Assembly (NCBI RefSeq): GCF_964355755.1
Contig: NC_092674.1
Span: forward strand, 4,960,001 to 5,024,000
DNA: 64,000 bases
Reading direction: 5' to 3'
Source: Antedon mediterranea
Taxonomy: Eukaryota; Animalia; Echinodermata
Shown piece after piece: positions 27,453 through 40,467 of the stretch (the first letter of the stretch is position 1; each line of letters begins with the position of its first letter). Below the pieces are notes generated by a model. The model was not told the origin of the DNA and ran no database searches. It saw only the letters and a list, made by a program, of their open reading frames with translations. Both the position numbers and the translations under genes were made by a program.

Positions 27453-28544
27453 TCACTTTTCTATAGTTACTTGTTTTTTACTTTTACTGGATTTTCTTCT
27501 TCTCTTTGAGCCTGGCAAGGTAGGAGAGATGTTTTCCTCGTCATCCTTTTGTTCATTGGTGTTAATCTCTTTTCCCTTTACCTTCTTCTCGCTGGTTGAG
27601 GCTTGTTTAAGGAAGTCCGTGATCTTGCCTTGCTTCTCTTGAAGTTCATGCCTTTCACTTTCTTCCTTGTCTTCCTCTTCACTGCCTGTACTTTCCTCCG
27701 AGCTTGAAACTTCTTCATTAATAATTTCTTTGTTTTCATGTGTGTTAGCATCTTTCGTATTGTTCTTAATGATGACACGTTCCCACATATCTTGAATTAG
27801 TTGTTCTCCAGAGTCGTTAAGTAATAACTTTTCCGCACTGCACTCATCTTTTCTATGCCCTTCTAATCCACATGCCATGCATACGATGTTATTTGAACAT
27901 TTGGATGCATTATGACCGATCTTTAAACACCTTGAGCATTTGATCCTTTCATCTGTTTGCCCATTGTGGAAGAGCCTAACTTTAAAGTCATTTATGCTCA
28001 GGAATCTTGGTAATGGTGCTTGTAATTTGTCAACGTAAAACATCCGATCGCCATTCAGACAACTAGTGAGTTGCCCATCAACCCTTAGCTTCATACGTTG
28101 AATGTCGCCTTTTATTTTAACGTTAAAACGTATCAAGGATTTCCGTATTTCGTCATCCGCTACCGAGAGCGGCAAATCTTTCACTGTGACTCTGATAGAG
28201 TCTATATCGTATTGTAGGTATGGATTTTTATCATATATTTGTATGTTCCTACCTTTAATATTCAGTCCCGTTGTTATCAGCTTTACTCTATCTTCTTGGC
28301 AATTTATGTATAATCTCCACAAATTCTTGATCCTTTGTATTCCAGTAATATTTCGACTTTCAACACACTTCATCAGTACCTTATAAATATCTTGTGGTTC
28401 AACATATTTATCACTGACAGTATTTACTTCGTCTACTTTCATGAATACCGGTTTCACTTTAACAGAAGCGTCCCGGGATGCCGCGTCTTTGATCACATGA
28501 TCTGAAGGCGCGTTTTTCGAGTGACTAGGCCGATTCGTCGTCAT
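27453..28544 (-). CDS. Tx1 ORF1 with two CCHC zinc knuckles
   Basis: CSRCLKIGHNASKC and CMACGLEGHRKDEC; first ATG at 28544. Confidence 0.88.
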   Translation of the reverse strand: MTTNRPSHSKNAPSDHVIKDAASRDASVKVKPVFMKVDEVNTVSDKYVEPQDIYKVLMKCVESRNITGIQRIKNLWRLYINCQEDRVKLITTGLNIKGRNIQIYDKNPYLQYDIDSIRVTVKDLPLSVADDEIRKSLIRFNVKIKGDIQRMKLRVDGQLTSCLNGDRMFYVDKLQAPLPRFLSINDFKVRLFHNGQTDERIKCSRCLKIGHNASKCSNNIVCMACGLEGHRKDECSAEKLLLNDSGEQLIQDMWERVIIKNNTKDANTHENKEIINEEVSSSEESTGSEEEDKEESERHELQEKQGKITDFLKQASTSEKKVKGKEINTNEQKDDEENISPTLPGSKRRRKSSKSKKQVTIEK

Positions 28545-31500
28545 TTTTTTTTTCAAAGCTCAGAATTCTGGTTAATTCCCAAACAAATCAAAAATACGCC
28601 TTACCTGGTTGTACACTTATACTGTGAAATACTTTAGATTCAATATATCACAACATTCAAGCAAAAAAAACCGATATTTTTAGTAAGTTTTTGCCGAGCT
28701 GATACACGTATACGTCTCCATAGAGAAAAGTATATCGCCCTGTGGTCATTGGAGGAAGTAGAGGATAGCTTCCTGTTAAAAGGATAAATACATCAGTATC
28801 TACAGAAAATATGTCAACATTGGCATTTGGGTCTTTGTTCATACAATCAAAGGCATACAATAAGACCAGTTGGTCCCCTTCATCCAATGTGTGTTGTCCG
28901 TGTGTCATCTCTGACATCATGATAACTTCTGAGAGATTGCAGTTTGCCATCATGGACGTGTGATGTGTTACTATGACCTTCTTCGTGTTGTTCTTGAAGT
29001 GATTAGGTATCTTCTCTGACAGATATTTTGTAAGTTCAGCTTTGGTCTCTATGTGCGATAAAAATGTCTTAATGTTCTTAATCTCAGTGTTGTCATTGAC
29101 ATGGTAGTGAATGGTAGTTGTTTTCTGTGTTCTCTTATCTCGTGTAGATTCTTTTAAAGATCCTGATAGATATTGATCAAATAAAAGCAGAACTTCATCA
29201 TATGGTTTGCTCATCATACCAACAATCAGGTTAACAAATTCAGATGCAAAGTCAGAAGCATTGAACTTATCAGACACCTTCTTTACCAAATTGACGACAC
29301 ACATTCCATCAATAATTAGGATTGATGCTGCTTTTTATCATCTTTCTGTACAGGCCTGCTAACATTATCTGGTAGAGGGAGTTCTGTTATTGACTGCAAT
29401 ACCTTGGATTTTCCTGAAAGCATTATCATTCTTCCATCGGGATGGAAATTTGATGGTGAAGTGCTATTGAACTCATAGTTGCCTATAACATCCTTTAGAA
29501 CGAACTCTGGCCTGCTCTTCGCCACAACTAACAATCTAGACAGCAGCTTTCTCTCTTGCTTAATTGAAACTAGTTGACCTTTAATTTTGGTTTTCACCAC
29601 TGCTCCTACATCCTTGAAATAAGAGAAGTTTTTGTTCTTTTGAGGGTCCCAAAATTTTACGGTTTTTCAACCATTCGTGATGTCACAAATTTATCCAATG
29701 CTTTTCCTAATTGGTCTCGCTTTTCAATCGTTTGACTGACATCATCGGAGGTTACCATGCCAGGCACTGAGTTGGCTTGTCACTGAGTTCCACGGGGATC
29801 TCACCAGGCTAGCATTGTTTGCTAGGTGTTAGCGACAAGGCCTAGGCTGGAACTATAGTTTATAACTATTTAACTAAGGCCTCTCTGTACAACATTTATA
29901 TCAGCATAGGTACATTATTATACAAGTAAATGTATATGTACTAATAATAAGTATGATTTCCCAGCAAACACTGTTTAAATCGGTTTAAAAAACACTTACC
30001 ATTTAAACTCATGAAATCTAATCGGCTTGAACTTTCAGCCAATCACAGGCTAGGATTATGTATGGAGATAATGAGTGGCTTTTATTTATTTTAAAACTTT
30101 AATTTCCAAGCTTAAGTGAATGTTTTAAAGCATCAATAATTGAAAAATCAATAATGTGTTACAAATATGGATGTTCTGAGCAATCTGTCGAAAATCTATA
30201 ACCAACATGTTGTGGATATCACACAGGTTATGGTCAAAGGTCAGATATGGTTTTTCCGGCCATCTTGAAACAAACCTTTGCATTAAAGCAAATAGAAACA
30301 TGTATTTTCTGAACAATTTGGGATAAATATCAACTCTTTCTGACCAATAGTTATTGAGATATGATAAGATCAGGTCAAAGGTCAAATGGTCAGAAATAGT
30401 ATTTCCGGTCGTTTTAGGGCAAAATGTTCCATTATAGTGAATAGAATTATGTACCTTACGAACATTTTAAGACTAAAACCAGGTCTCTACGATTAGTGGT
30501 TGCCGAGATATAAGTACTTGATAGCATAGGCGGCCATTTTGAAAAAGCGCCCCCAGCGAATGAAACACGCCTTTAGAATTTGGACAACAAGTTGGAAGTT
30601 GTTTCTTGTGATGTCCTTGATCACTTAAAAGTGAAAAATCAAACTTGGCTAAATATATGAAGTAAAGTTAATATAGTGACAAATGCTGCCTGACTATTAA
30701 GTAAGAAATGTCAAATGTTTTCAATCAATGCTCTTCTTAAGGAATGCTGCTGAAAGTCCACAAGAAGTAACTATGTTTCAATTATGTAGTTAATCAATGT
30801 ACTGTATAAAATGAAAATATATATTGTAATTATGTAAATATTCAAAGAAAGTGTATAAATAAAACATGCAAAACTTGAATCCTGTTGTTTCCTTATAAAC
30901 ATGACCACGAAAGTAGTGTTCTTTTAGTGTTCAGCGGTCTTGCTTTGTCAGGTTAAATACTAATAAATGAATTTAAAAATAACAATTTTTTGTCCATTAG
31001 TTTTGGAAGCCCTCAAGGAGAGAAACTTGTATAGAGGCAGTAAAGATAACCCAATGGTGGTCCCAGTATGCAGGTAAGGTAGTTGGCCTGGAAAATACTA
31101 CAGTACTGTTGTTATGATTTTATAATATACAAATAATAAATGTTTATGGGTTCAAGAAAGAAAAAAATGTTTTCAAAAACATTAGGATTACAAAGCAGTG
31201 ATTGTGATTGTTTAATATAGTTATAATACTCTTGTAAGCCTAAGAATTTACAATTTTTTTAGGACTATGCACACCCTTATCAAGCAACTAAACGATACTG
31301 TTCATTATGCTGGCCGCAGTTGCCTTCCATACAATATTTGTGGCGTTTCATATTGTAACTTTTCGCGGCACTGTTTTGCCTGTAGTTAGATAAATCAGTC
31401 ATAAACTTCAGTCGTACCTTTGTAGGTAAGAAATATTAGTTTAAAATGGATAAATCACTATAATTGTTGAATCAGCTTGTTTTAGATATATTTAGGATAC

Positions 31501-32351
31501 TATGGATATTAATGTTATTGCATTTTGAGAATCTATATAATAGTTTTGATTGTGTATAGTTCGAAGGGTGAACTAGTTATCACACACACAGTATGCCCAC
31601 ATGTGCGCGAGATGCTGTATAGCCTACTAGGTCTGAGCCTACTAGGTCCAATTGCATGTTGCTTGCTGCAGACTGTCCGCCATGCGGTATGTCTACTAGA
31701 GGGAGTTTGTGTCCGCCAACCGGTACCTTGTCAAATTGCCCGACGATTCCATTTTACAGTGGGTAATTACTGTAACCAGTACAATAGCCCGGCGATTCCA
31801 TTTTACAGTGGGTAATTATTGTATCTACAGTGTGGTAGACCGTCAATTATTCGTATTGTTATCACTTATACTGGTATTTGATATACTGTGTGTAGTTTCT
31901 TGTTCTTTTTAATTAATAAATGACCTTTTACAATTGTCTATTGTGATATTGACGAATTAGAAAATATTGGCAACAGAGGGCGCTATTTTTACATTTATAA
32001 CGGAGCCATTGAAAGTTAAAATATCTCTGGTAGTGGTACAGTTACACTGTTCTACAATTTTAGTATCCCGCAACAGAGTAAACCCCCTATTGAATTACAA
32101 CAATAATACGTTGCATGCTCCTACGAATTTTACGCATGTTTTGTGGATACAGAATATTTTAGCTTAGTTAAAATTTTAGTACTTTTAAATTTAAGTACTC
32201 TCACATGCATTGATGAATGGCATACTCATACACTCATACTCATATATAACTCATTATAAGCCTATGATTATTCATTACTATTATTAAATATTGTTATTAT
32301 TATTATCTTGCACCCTATAGCGCTCTCCAAATTTTATCTATAATATAATTA

Positions 32352-32841
32352 CAGTAGAACCTTCATTTTACGTACCCTGATTTTACGTTCCCTGGATTTT
32401 ACGTACGCCTAAAATAACCCATGACGTCATCATTTTCTTACATTGAGGGCGCAATTTAACAACAACAAAGCATAATAAAAATGGCTGTGTGAGGAATTCT
32501 GCTGTGTGAAACAAGCTACACATGTGCATTCCCCTACAGCAGCGACTGTTTTTATTGATGGAAAATACAAGAACATTGATATTTTAATTTACACTTTATT
32601 TAAATATCGCACAGCCTGTATATACTGTACTTTCATAGTTAGGCCTCACATCTTGCTAGGCCTGCTAGCTAGTGACCACCTGCATGCTGTACAGTAAAGT
32701 AGGCAAACACGGTAGCCTTTATACAGTAGCTACAATCTGTACGTATTTGGGGTCAATTTAAGGTCAACCTTGATTTTACGAATCCTGTGTTTTACGTACG
32801 CCTTTTGGTCCCGTACCGTACGTAAAATGAAGGTTCCACTG
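32352..32841. mobile_element. Tc1/pogo-type MITE
   Basis: TA|CAGTAGAACCTTCATTTTACGTAC ... GTACGTAAAATGAAGGTTCCACTG|TA. Confidence 0.85.
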
Positions 32842-33512
32842 TATAATTATTTGTTTAATTTTAAGTTGTTTTAGGCCCATGTGACATTATGTTTAATTGT
32901 TTATTATTATTTTTACAAAGGAAAACGGACGTACACCAATTAAAGAGGCCCAAAAACATTAAATGCATCACATAGGCCTACACATGTGTATAAAGAAATA
33001 ATAATTGGCGATACACAGCTATTTAGAGACCCATCCGTAACACCAACACCCTTGTAATATAATAATATTTTTTCGGGCTAGAATAGGTGTACCCCATGAA
33101 ATCAACGGGTATTTTACAGAATATTCAAATCACCACCTGAACCGTATAATTGGTATACCTTTTACTGTAGGCCTAGTAACCCTACCACATTGTAGTTCTT
33201 GTATAACAAAATGATTATATTTACTTGTTTATTACAATGATAATATTAATAATATTTCTAATTCGTCAGATAACAGACGGTGTACTGGATGGACCACAAA
33301 AACTGCACACTGTCTTTAATCAATAATTCATTATAATTTAGTTTTGTTGATGGTTAGGGAATCAAATGTAGGCCTACTGTATTTCATTTCTTTTGTTGCT
33401 ATGGAAAGTTTGTCTGAAATAAAAGTTGAAATTGAATTATTATTGTATTATTTATTTTTTCGAACGTCTGATTCACTCTCAGTTAATACTATAATAAAGG
33501 AATAGATATATT

Positions 33513-34320
33513 TCGGACTGTCTGATGTACCCCCGTGACAGATTGCAACCCCTAACTTAACTAACGTCGGTATATACCATCGGACTGTCTCTGAATATAG
33601 GTAGGCCTACCCACCCCCGCGACAGATTGCTCCCCCAAACATAACAGTTTACCATCTATTATAGGGGGTGCAATATATTACGGATTGTCTTTAATATTTG
33701 GTACCCCCGTGACAGATTGCACTTTTTTTTGTGTGTTAGAAAAATACGATTTAAAATGTTAATTATTTTAACACTAAACCACAATAGTTCAATTGGTCAG
33801 ATAAGATGGACACATACCGCATTGTACCTATAGTATACCACCAGGATCTCGAAAACTAAACACTGTCTTCAATCAAATAATGTATATAATAAATATTAAA
33901 GATGTATTGTCCCCCAATAACATTAAATTACAAATTAATTAAATCAGACTTTGAATAGGTTATTTTTTAGTTTTAATCATGTTAATCCCTCTAAAAAATA
34001 TTTTTTCAGGGGGACAATACATCTTTAATTCTTTGTCCTCTCCTTTTGTCATGTTTTTGCAAATGGATACAAAATCCAATGCTGGGAGTCTAAAAATAAT
34101 ATTGTATCCCCGTATTATACCCTTCCAGTATCTATACACCAAGGGATAAAATATATCACGGTCGACTGTATATAAAAGGTACCCCCGTACAGATTGAACA
34201 CCCTATAACAGTTTAATAACTATCTATTATAGGGGGTGCAATTTTTACGGTCGACTGTCTAGAATATTAGGTACCCCCGTGACAGATTGTACCCCTATAA
34301 TATAATAGTTAATAACTATC
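33513..34320. repeat. degenerate repeats (CGGACTGTCT...GTACCCCCGTGACAGATTG)
   Basis: About five recurrences seen. Confidence 0.7.
33900..34024. mobile_element. 125-bp Kolobok-like MITE
   Basis: TTAA|AGATGTATTGTCCCCC ... GGGGGACAATACATCT|TTAA; a related end occurs near 36952. Confidence 0.7.
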
Positions 34321-35770
34321 TAATATGCAGTTTGTCCACCAGTGGGAGTTTTTGACTTTTTTAACTAAATTAATAATTTGTCTAGGTGTGATCGTGTAAT
34401 TGAGCTTAGATGGGGAGGGGGGGGGGAGTTAATGTTTGGTCGATAATATGTTAAACGGAGGAGGTGGGAGGGGGTATGGTTTGAATGGATATGCCTACAT
34501 CATGTGTAACTGTAACAGTGTCCGCCAGAGAGAACTTTTAAGGGCATCTTTACATTAATTTATATTTACATTTATATGGATCAATTACAAATTATAACAG
34601 GCAACAGGTACGTTATACAATAAACATCAAATAAGCCGTTGATTTCATCGCCCAAAAACGTGCCAATATTTGTTATAACGTAAAATATAGCCCAACTATC
34701 CACTAAAGAGAGAGTTTGAATTATTGAATTACAATATTCTGTGACCGAAAAAAATATGATATACATTTAATTTTTTAATGTGATAGGCCTATTTCCAGAC
34801 GGTGACAAATTATGAGTCTTGACTATACATCGTACCGTTTTTGAATGTCCGATTAAAAATAGCAGAGAAATGCAGTTTGTTTTAATAGGCCTAAAGATAG
34901 GCCTAATATGCAGTTTGTCCACCAGAGAGAGTTTTTGGACGGGCCTAAGTTCTTTTTATTTGAGCTTGGATGGGGAGGGGGAGTTAGTTCATGTTTGGTC
35001 GATATGTTGAACGGAGGGTGCGGGGGGCGAGGGTATGGTGTGAAGGGAAGCCTACACCTTGTGTAACTGAATTGTCCGCCAGAGAGAGTTAAAGGGCATC
35101 TTTACATAAATTTGTATTTAGTACATTTATATGTATCAATTACAAATTATAGCAATAGGTACGTTCTATATAAACATCAGATAAGCCGTTGATTCCATCT
35201 CCCAAAAACGTGCCAATATTTGATACGTAAAAGATAGCCCAACTGTCCACTAGAGAGAGAGTTTATTGAATTACAATATTCTGTCTGTCATCGAAAAATA
35301 TATGATATACATTTAATTTTTTTAATGTAATATTTCCAGACGGTGACAAATATGTCTTGACTATAATATACATCATACCGTTTTTGAATGTCCGTTTAAA
35401 AATAGCAGAGAAATGCAGTTTGTTTTAATATAGATATAGGCCTAATATGCAGTTTGTCCACCAGAGGGAGCTTTTGGACCTAAGTTCTTTTTTAACTAAA
35501 TAATTTGTCTAGGTGTGATCGTGTATTTGAGCTTGGATGGGTAGGGGGGTGGGGGAGTTCATGTTTGGTCGATAACATGTTGAACGGAGGGGGTGGAAGG
35601 GGTTATGGTGTGTAGGGATAGGCCTACACCGTGTGTAACTGAAGTGTCCACCAGAGAGAGTTTAAGGGCATCTTTACATAAATTTGTATTTAGTACATTT
35701 ATATGGATCAATTACAAATAGCAACAGGTACGTTGTATATAAACATCAGATAAGCAGTTGATGTCATCGC
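34321..35770. repeat. tandem repeat, ~540-580 bp unit, about 2.6 copies
   Basis: TAATATGCAGTTTGTCCACCAG near 34321, 34904 and 35443 with colinear downstream sequence. Confidence 0.85.
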
Positions 35771-35779
35771 GCCCAACCG

Positions 35780-36948
35780 TTTACGTTTATTTATCAATTT
35801 AACGTTGAAATCCAGTCGATTTTGGTTAAAATGATATGTTTTCAATGTTGAAAAAAGATTAAACAATGTTTTCATCATTGAATAAAGGTTGTGAATTATG
35901 CTTCTATGTTTCAACCCCTTTACAACATTACGTTTCTTTAGCAATCTCATTTCAACGTTAATTTAACGTTAAAATTGAGTTGGCATTTTTGGTTAAAATG
36001 ACAACATGTTTTCATCATTGAATAAAGGTTGAAATTTTGTTTTCATGTTTTAACTCCATTACAGTATTACGTTTCTATATCAATCTCATTTCAACGATAA
36101 TTTAAAGCCCCATTCCCTACGTTTTTTAGATCTAATTTAAGATCACAAACTATATTTAATGTAAAAATAATACTATATATGGTCCTATTGCGATAACTTT
36201 TTTCGTCTTTAAACGGTTAAAATGTTAAAAATAAGTCGATTCTAATAATTATAGCGGCCCGCTATAAATCCCAAAATGCATTGCGCGCGGATTGATATTT
36301 TTGTTTTTCACCTGTAATTCGCCCACTTTTCGATCGATCATGAGGCCAAAACAAATGAAAGACTCCTAACTTTTCAGCGAAAATACCGGGTTTTCCCCAA
36401 TTTGTATCAACGGAGTCTGGCAAAAATAGAAAGACAATTAATGCAGCAACTATACAACGTCAGGCTAGGTATATAGCTCGTGTACGATGTTCGTACGTTA
36501 CCGATGTTTACCAGCTAGGCCTACAAAACTAAGCCTAGCTAGGCTAGGCCTAAGACCGTCCACGAGAGGTCGATCGCCGCGAGCTACTTAGGTAGTGCAT
36601 TGTTTCTCACTTTTTATCATAATTTACCATAAAACGTACATTTAAGACAAGAAATGACATGGTTTAATGTTTTTAAAGTGATATATATGTATTATTTTCC
36701 AAAAAACGTCCAAAATTGCAGGGAAGGGGTCTTTAACGTTTAATATAATTGAGCTGGCTTTTGGTTAAAATGGCAACATGATTTGAATTGAACATTGTGT
36801 TAATATAATGTTAACGTTAATTCAACGTTAACATCCAGTTGACATTTTTTGGTTAAAATGACAACATGTTTTCAACATTGAATAAAGGTTGAAATTACAT
36901 TGTGTTAACGCCATTATTACGTTTTTCAATCTTATTTCAACGTTAAGT
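35780..36948. repeat. ~150-bp tandem array (TTCAACGTTAATTTAACGTT...GGTTAAAATGACAACATG), interrupted
   Basis: Four to five units, split by the 36106 element. Confidence 0.7.
36106..36732. mobile_element. Kolobok-like non-autonomous element
   Basis: TTAA|AGCCCCATTCCCTAC ... GCAGGGAAGGGGTCT|TTAA (imperfect TIR). Confidence 0.65.
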
Positions 36949-37521
36949 TAAAGGTGTATTGTCCCTTTGACTAATTCAACAACAAAAATTTATTTAAAAA
37001 AATTAATATTTCGAAAAAAAGTTGGTCATTTTGAAGTATCATAATAGTTATTAACTTTCACCAAAAATTAGTCGAAAAAAGTTGATTTAAAATTAAAACA
37101 AAACAGTAGACACATGTATGAATATTTTCATAGCCCAATTTATCAATTTTTACTAACTTAACCTTATTTTTGCATGCAGATGCCATTTGTCCATTCGTCT
37201 ACAAGCCTTTCGTTTTACTATTACAAATGTCTTAATTAAATGCACTGTGTTGAAGGGTGCAGTATGTTTGAATTTACAATTTGTCTGTAATATTTCTGCT
37301 ACAGTATTCTGTAGTATTCTGAAAGATATGCTACTTAAATTAGGGTGTATTTAAAACAATAATCATAATGAAGGTTACATTGATTAATCATTAAATTATT
37401 ACCCGAACCTTACTTTCTTAAAAAAAATACAAATAATAAGTCAATCTATCAATATTTATGATAGTTTTAATACGCTTGCTCCATATGGAATTTATAAATT
37501 ATATCTTAGGTTTAGGAAGTC

Positions 37522-37568
37522 TTTTTGGTTATCCGCACTTGGCGGATAACCTCTTGTTATTGTCAGGA

Positions 37569-37604
<36 letters not shown>

Positions 37605-40467
37605 CTTTCTTATTAGTTATCCGCTTAGTAGCGGATAACTCCTTGTAATCGTCCTGTTTCAATTTTATATTATTCTTCTGTCTTTCTCCCTCACTTTTTG
37701 TGCAGAGCGTATCTCTAAAATGGGTAAACATAACATTTCATAACTTTGTCAACATATGGGCATTTACGTGAAGTTGTGCACCTCCTATTTTTGAATGACG
37801 TCAGAGTTGCGCAACGTGACTTACGCGCGATTTTATGATTTTTTATGATTGCTCATAGACTAAAAACCAAGCATAATTTAGTTTTGACACTTTGTGAAAA
37901 TTTAAGTCATATCAAGTGAAAACTTTTTATTGATTAAAAATGGCATGTTTTACAAGAAGTTACGCGCGCACGCGCATTTAAAGTTTCAAAATGCGTAAAA
38001 TTAATTTTTAATCAACTTTTTACATGACTCATGACATTTCGCGCATGTCAAAAATTCCCACGTGCACGCATTTTTTACGCGCGCGGTGGCCACGTACCGT
38101 GAAAAACATCTTTTTTTCTCATGAATTATGTTTTTCCAGCCTTCTAGAGTAATTTTACCATTTTAAAACCATTTGTGACTTTAAATTACGTCATACGAGC
38201 ACGTCGAATTGGAAAATTTACGCGCGTTTTTGATCAAAAAGCTAAAAAAATCGTCAAAATTATGCCTTTTTTTAAAGAGTCGTAGTTTCTAAACTAAACG
38301 GTGAAAGTTATTTTTATTACATATTCTGGAAGTTGATGAGTTGTAGATATCAAATCATACATTAATATGGCTAACAGGACATTTTGACGTCATCGTATGG
38401 CCACACGAATATAAAAAATAGGATTTTTGTCTCTTTCGTTATTGCTCATCACATTCAATGGAGCGCATCACGCTTATCCGTATTCCATTTTCTCCGAGAT
38501 TTTAATATTGTCTAGGTCAATCAACTACCTTTCGCATGAGTTAAAAATATTTTAATATTTGTAACGTCATCATGCCTAAAAATGTTAATTACTTGGGTCA
38601 TTAATTTCATCTTTACAGTAAATTTTAATCTGTTATCGCTCGTAAGAACAAAATGGGATAATCACGATTAAAATGTTTTCTGGAAGCTATTGGATTGTAG
38701 ATACGAAATCATGTAAACATTTTGCCAATCGGATGTTGTGACGTCATCATATGGCCAGTTAAATAAAAAAAGTCGTATTTTCATCTTTTGCGTCATAGTT
38801 CATTACATTTAAAAGAACGCGCATCAATATTTCACGTGTTCAAATTTCTTCCACACGTTAATATGTTGTTGCTGAGATAATTTCCTTCCGAAATTGCTAA
38901 ATTCGCGTTTCATTTTGAAACCGTCAATATGTTAAAAATTTGAATAAATAGCGGGTCCCGTAATTTCACCTATTCTACACTGTATGTGATATGTATACAG
39001 ATTATACTGTGTATACTATATGACACAAAATAACAGAATTCAGCAATAAAAACATATCATATTCTTCAGTTCAGGTCACAATGCCATAATCTTTTTCCGT
39101 GTGCAATATTCCAACGTATGACGTGCACGTGGTGTTTGTCGTGCGGATAACTAACTCGTCAAAGTGACGAGTTTCATGTCTAGTTCTTCTTTCTTTCCCA
39201 GAATTTTGTTGCGCGTATATCTCTAAATCTTCTCAACATAACATTTTGTAACTTTATCAGAAGATTGATCTCTATCTGAATATGTCGTAATAAGGTTTTC
39301 GGTACCGTTTGAGTTGCGCAGCGTAAGTTACGCGCGATTTTATGAATTTCGCGTATTTAATTTAGATCGAAAACTATTAAACCATTTAAATTGAAACTTG
39401 GCAAAACTTTAATTTATATCATGCGCTAACTTTCTATGGAGAGAAAATGGCATGTTTCACAGAAAGTTACGCGCGCACGCGCGTTTAAAATTTCAAAATG
39501 GGAAAAATCAATTTCTAATCAACTTTCTACGCGTTTCATGTCATTTTGAGCATTTCAAAAATTCCCACGCGTGCGCAATTTTTTTACGCGCACGTGCGCA
39601 CGTAGCGCAAAAACATCATTTTTTTGCTTGATTTTTGTTTTTCCTGTCTTTTTTAGAAAATTTACCAACTTTCAAACAATTTTTACTTAAAATCACGTCA
39701 TACGAGCACGTAGAATTAAACAATTTACGCGCATTTTTGATGAAAAAGTTCAAAAATTTGTCAAAATTATGCCTTTTTTTAAACAATCATAGATTCTAAA
39801 CTACGTGGTGAACTTTTTTATAATTACACATTCTGTTAGTAGATTAGTTGCAGATATCAAATCATGCATCAATATGGCTAACCGGACATTGTGACGTCAT
39901 CGTATGACCACTCGAATATAAAATAAATGATTTTTGTCTCTTTCCTCGTAGCTCGTCACATTTAATATAGCGCATCTCCACTTATTTGTATTCCATTTCC
40001 CCCCATTTTTTTATGTTGTCTAGCTCTATCAATTATCTTTCGGACGATTCACCATTTTCAAAATTGTGATGAAGTCATCATGTTCAAAAGCGTCAATAAC
40101 TTTGGTCACTTATTTTCACCTATTCTGCACTGTATGTAGTACGTATACAGTATATAGTGTATACCGTATATACTCAGACGTGACGAAAAATAGAGAGCGC
40201 ACTGAAATTGTTGTGATGACGTCATCATGTTCAAAAGCGTCAATAACTTTGGTCACTTATTTTCACCTATTCTGCACTTTATGTAGTACGTATACAGTAT
40301 ATAGTGTATACCGTATATACTCAGACGTGACGAAAAATAGAGAGCGCACTGAAATTGTTTCAATGACTTAATCGTTTTTCTGCGCGCAATATTTTAACGT
40401 ATGACGTGCGCGTGGCCTTTGCGCTGCGGATAACCTAACTCGTCCGTAGTGACGAGTTCAAATCTAG
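37522..40467 (+). mobile_element. Helentron/DINE-like (HINE) element, outer copy
   Basis: 5' palindrome GGTTATCCGCACTTGGCGGATAACC; 3' subTIR TGCGGATAACC, stem-loop AACTCGTC..GACGAGTT, then CTAG; ~150-bp internal duplication at about 40060-40358. Confidence 0.7.
37610..39183 (+). mobile_element. related HINE element nested in the outer copy
   Basis: AGTTATCCGCTTAGTAGCGGATAACT ... GCGGATAACTAACTCGTCAAAGTGACGAGTT..CTAG; body homologous to 39184-40467. Confidence 0.7.

Larger units (their letters stand above)
23290..28740 (-). mobile_element. full-length Tx1/L1-clade LINE
   Basis: 10-bp TSD TGTGGTCATT (23280-23289, 28741-28750), A-rich tail, ORF1 and ORF2. Confidence 0.92.
21765..30696 (-). mobile_element. 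Academ DNA transposon, internally deleted, interrupted by a Tx1 LINE
   Basis: TAGTCAGGCAGCATTTGT...ACAAATGCTGCCTGACTA ends, ~400-bp TIRs, 3-bp TSD TTA. Transposase fragments 29600-28751 and 23289-22700 (SVDTDVFILL, FKGADNTGTFAGKG, LPPTMGTLRPHVERA). Confidence 0.85.
17012..30753 (+). pseudogene. forkhead-like orphan gene copy 2; segments 17012-17224, 21315-21764, 30700-30753
   Basis: Paralog of 10708; stop at 17213, frameshift near 21455, two Academ insertions. Removing the second element and one TTA restores SKSKRSL-SKKCQMFSINALLKECC*; AATAAA near 30858. Confidence 0.75.

Noticed and set aside
40066-40371. 101-aa ORF with an internal repeat
   Set aside because: It arises from a ~150-bp duplication inside a non-coding HINE element.
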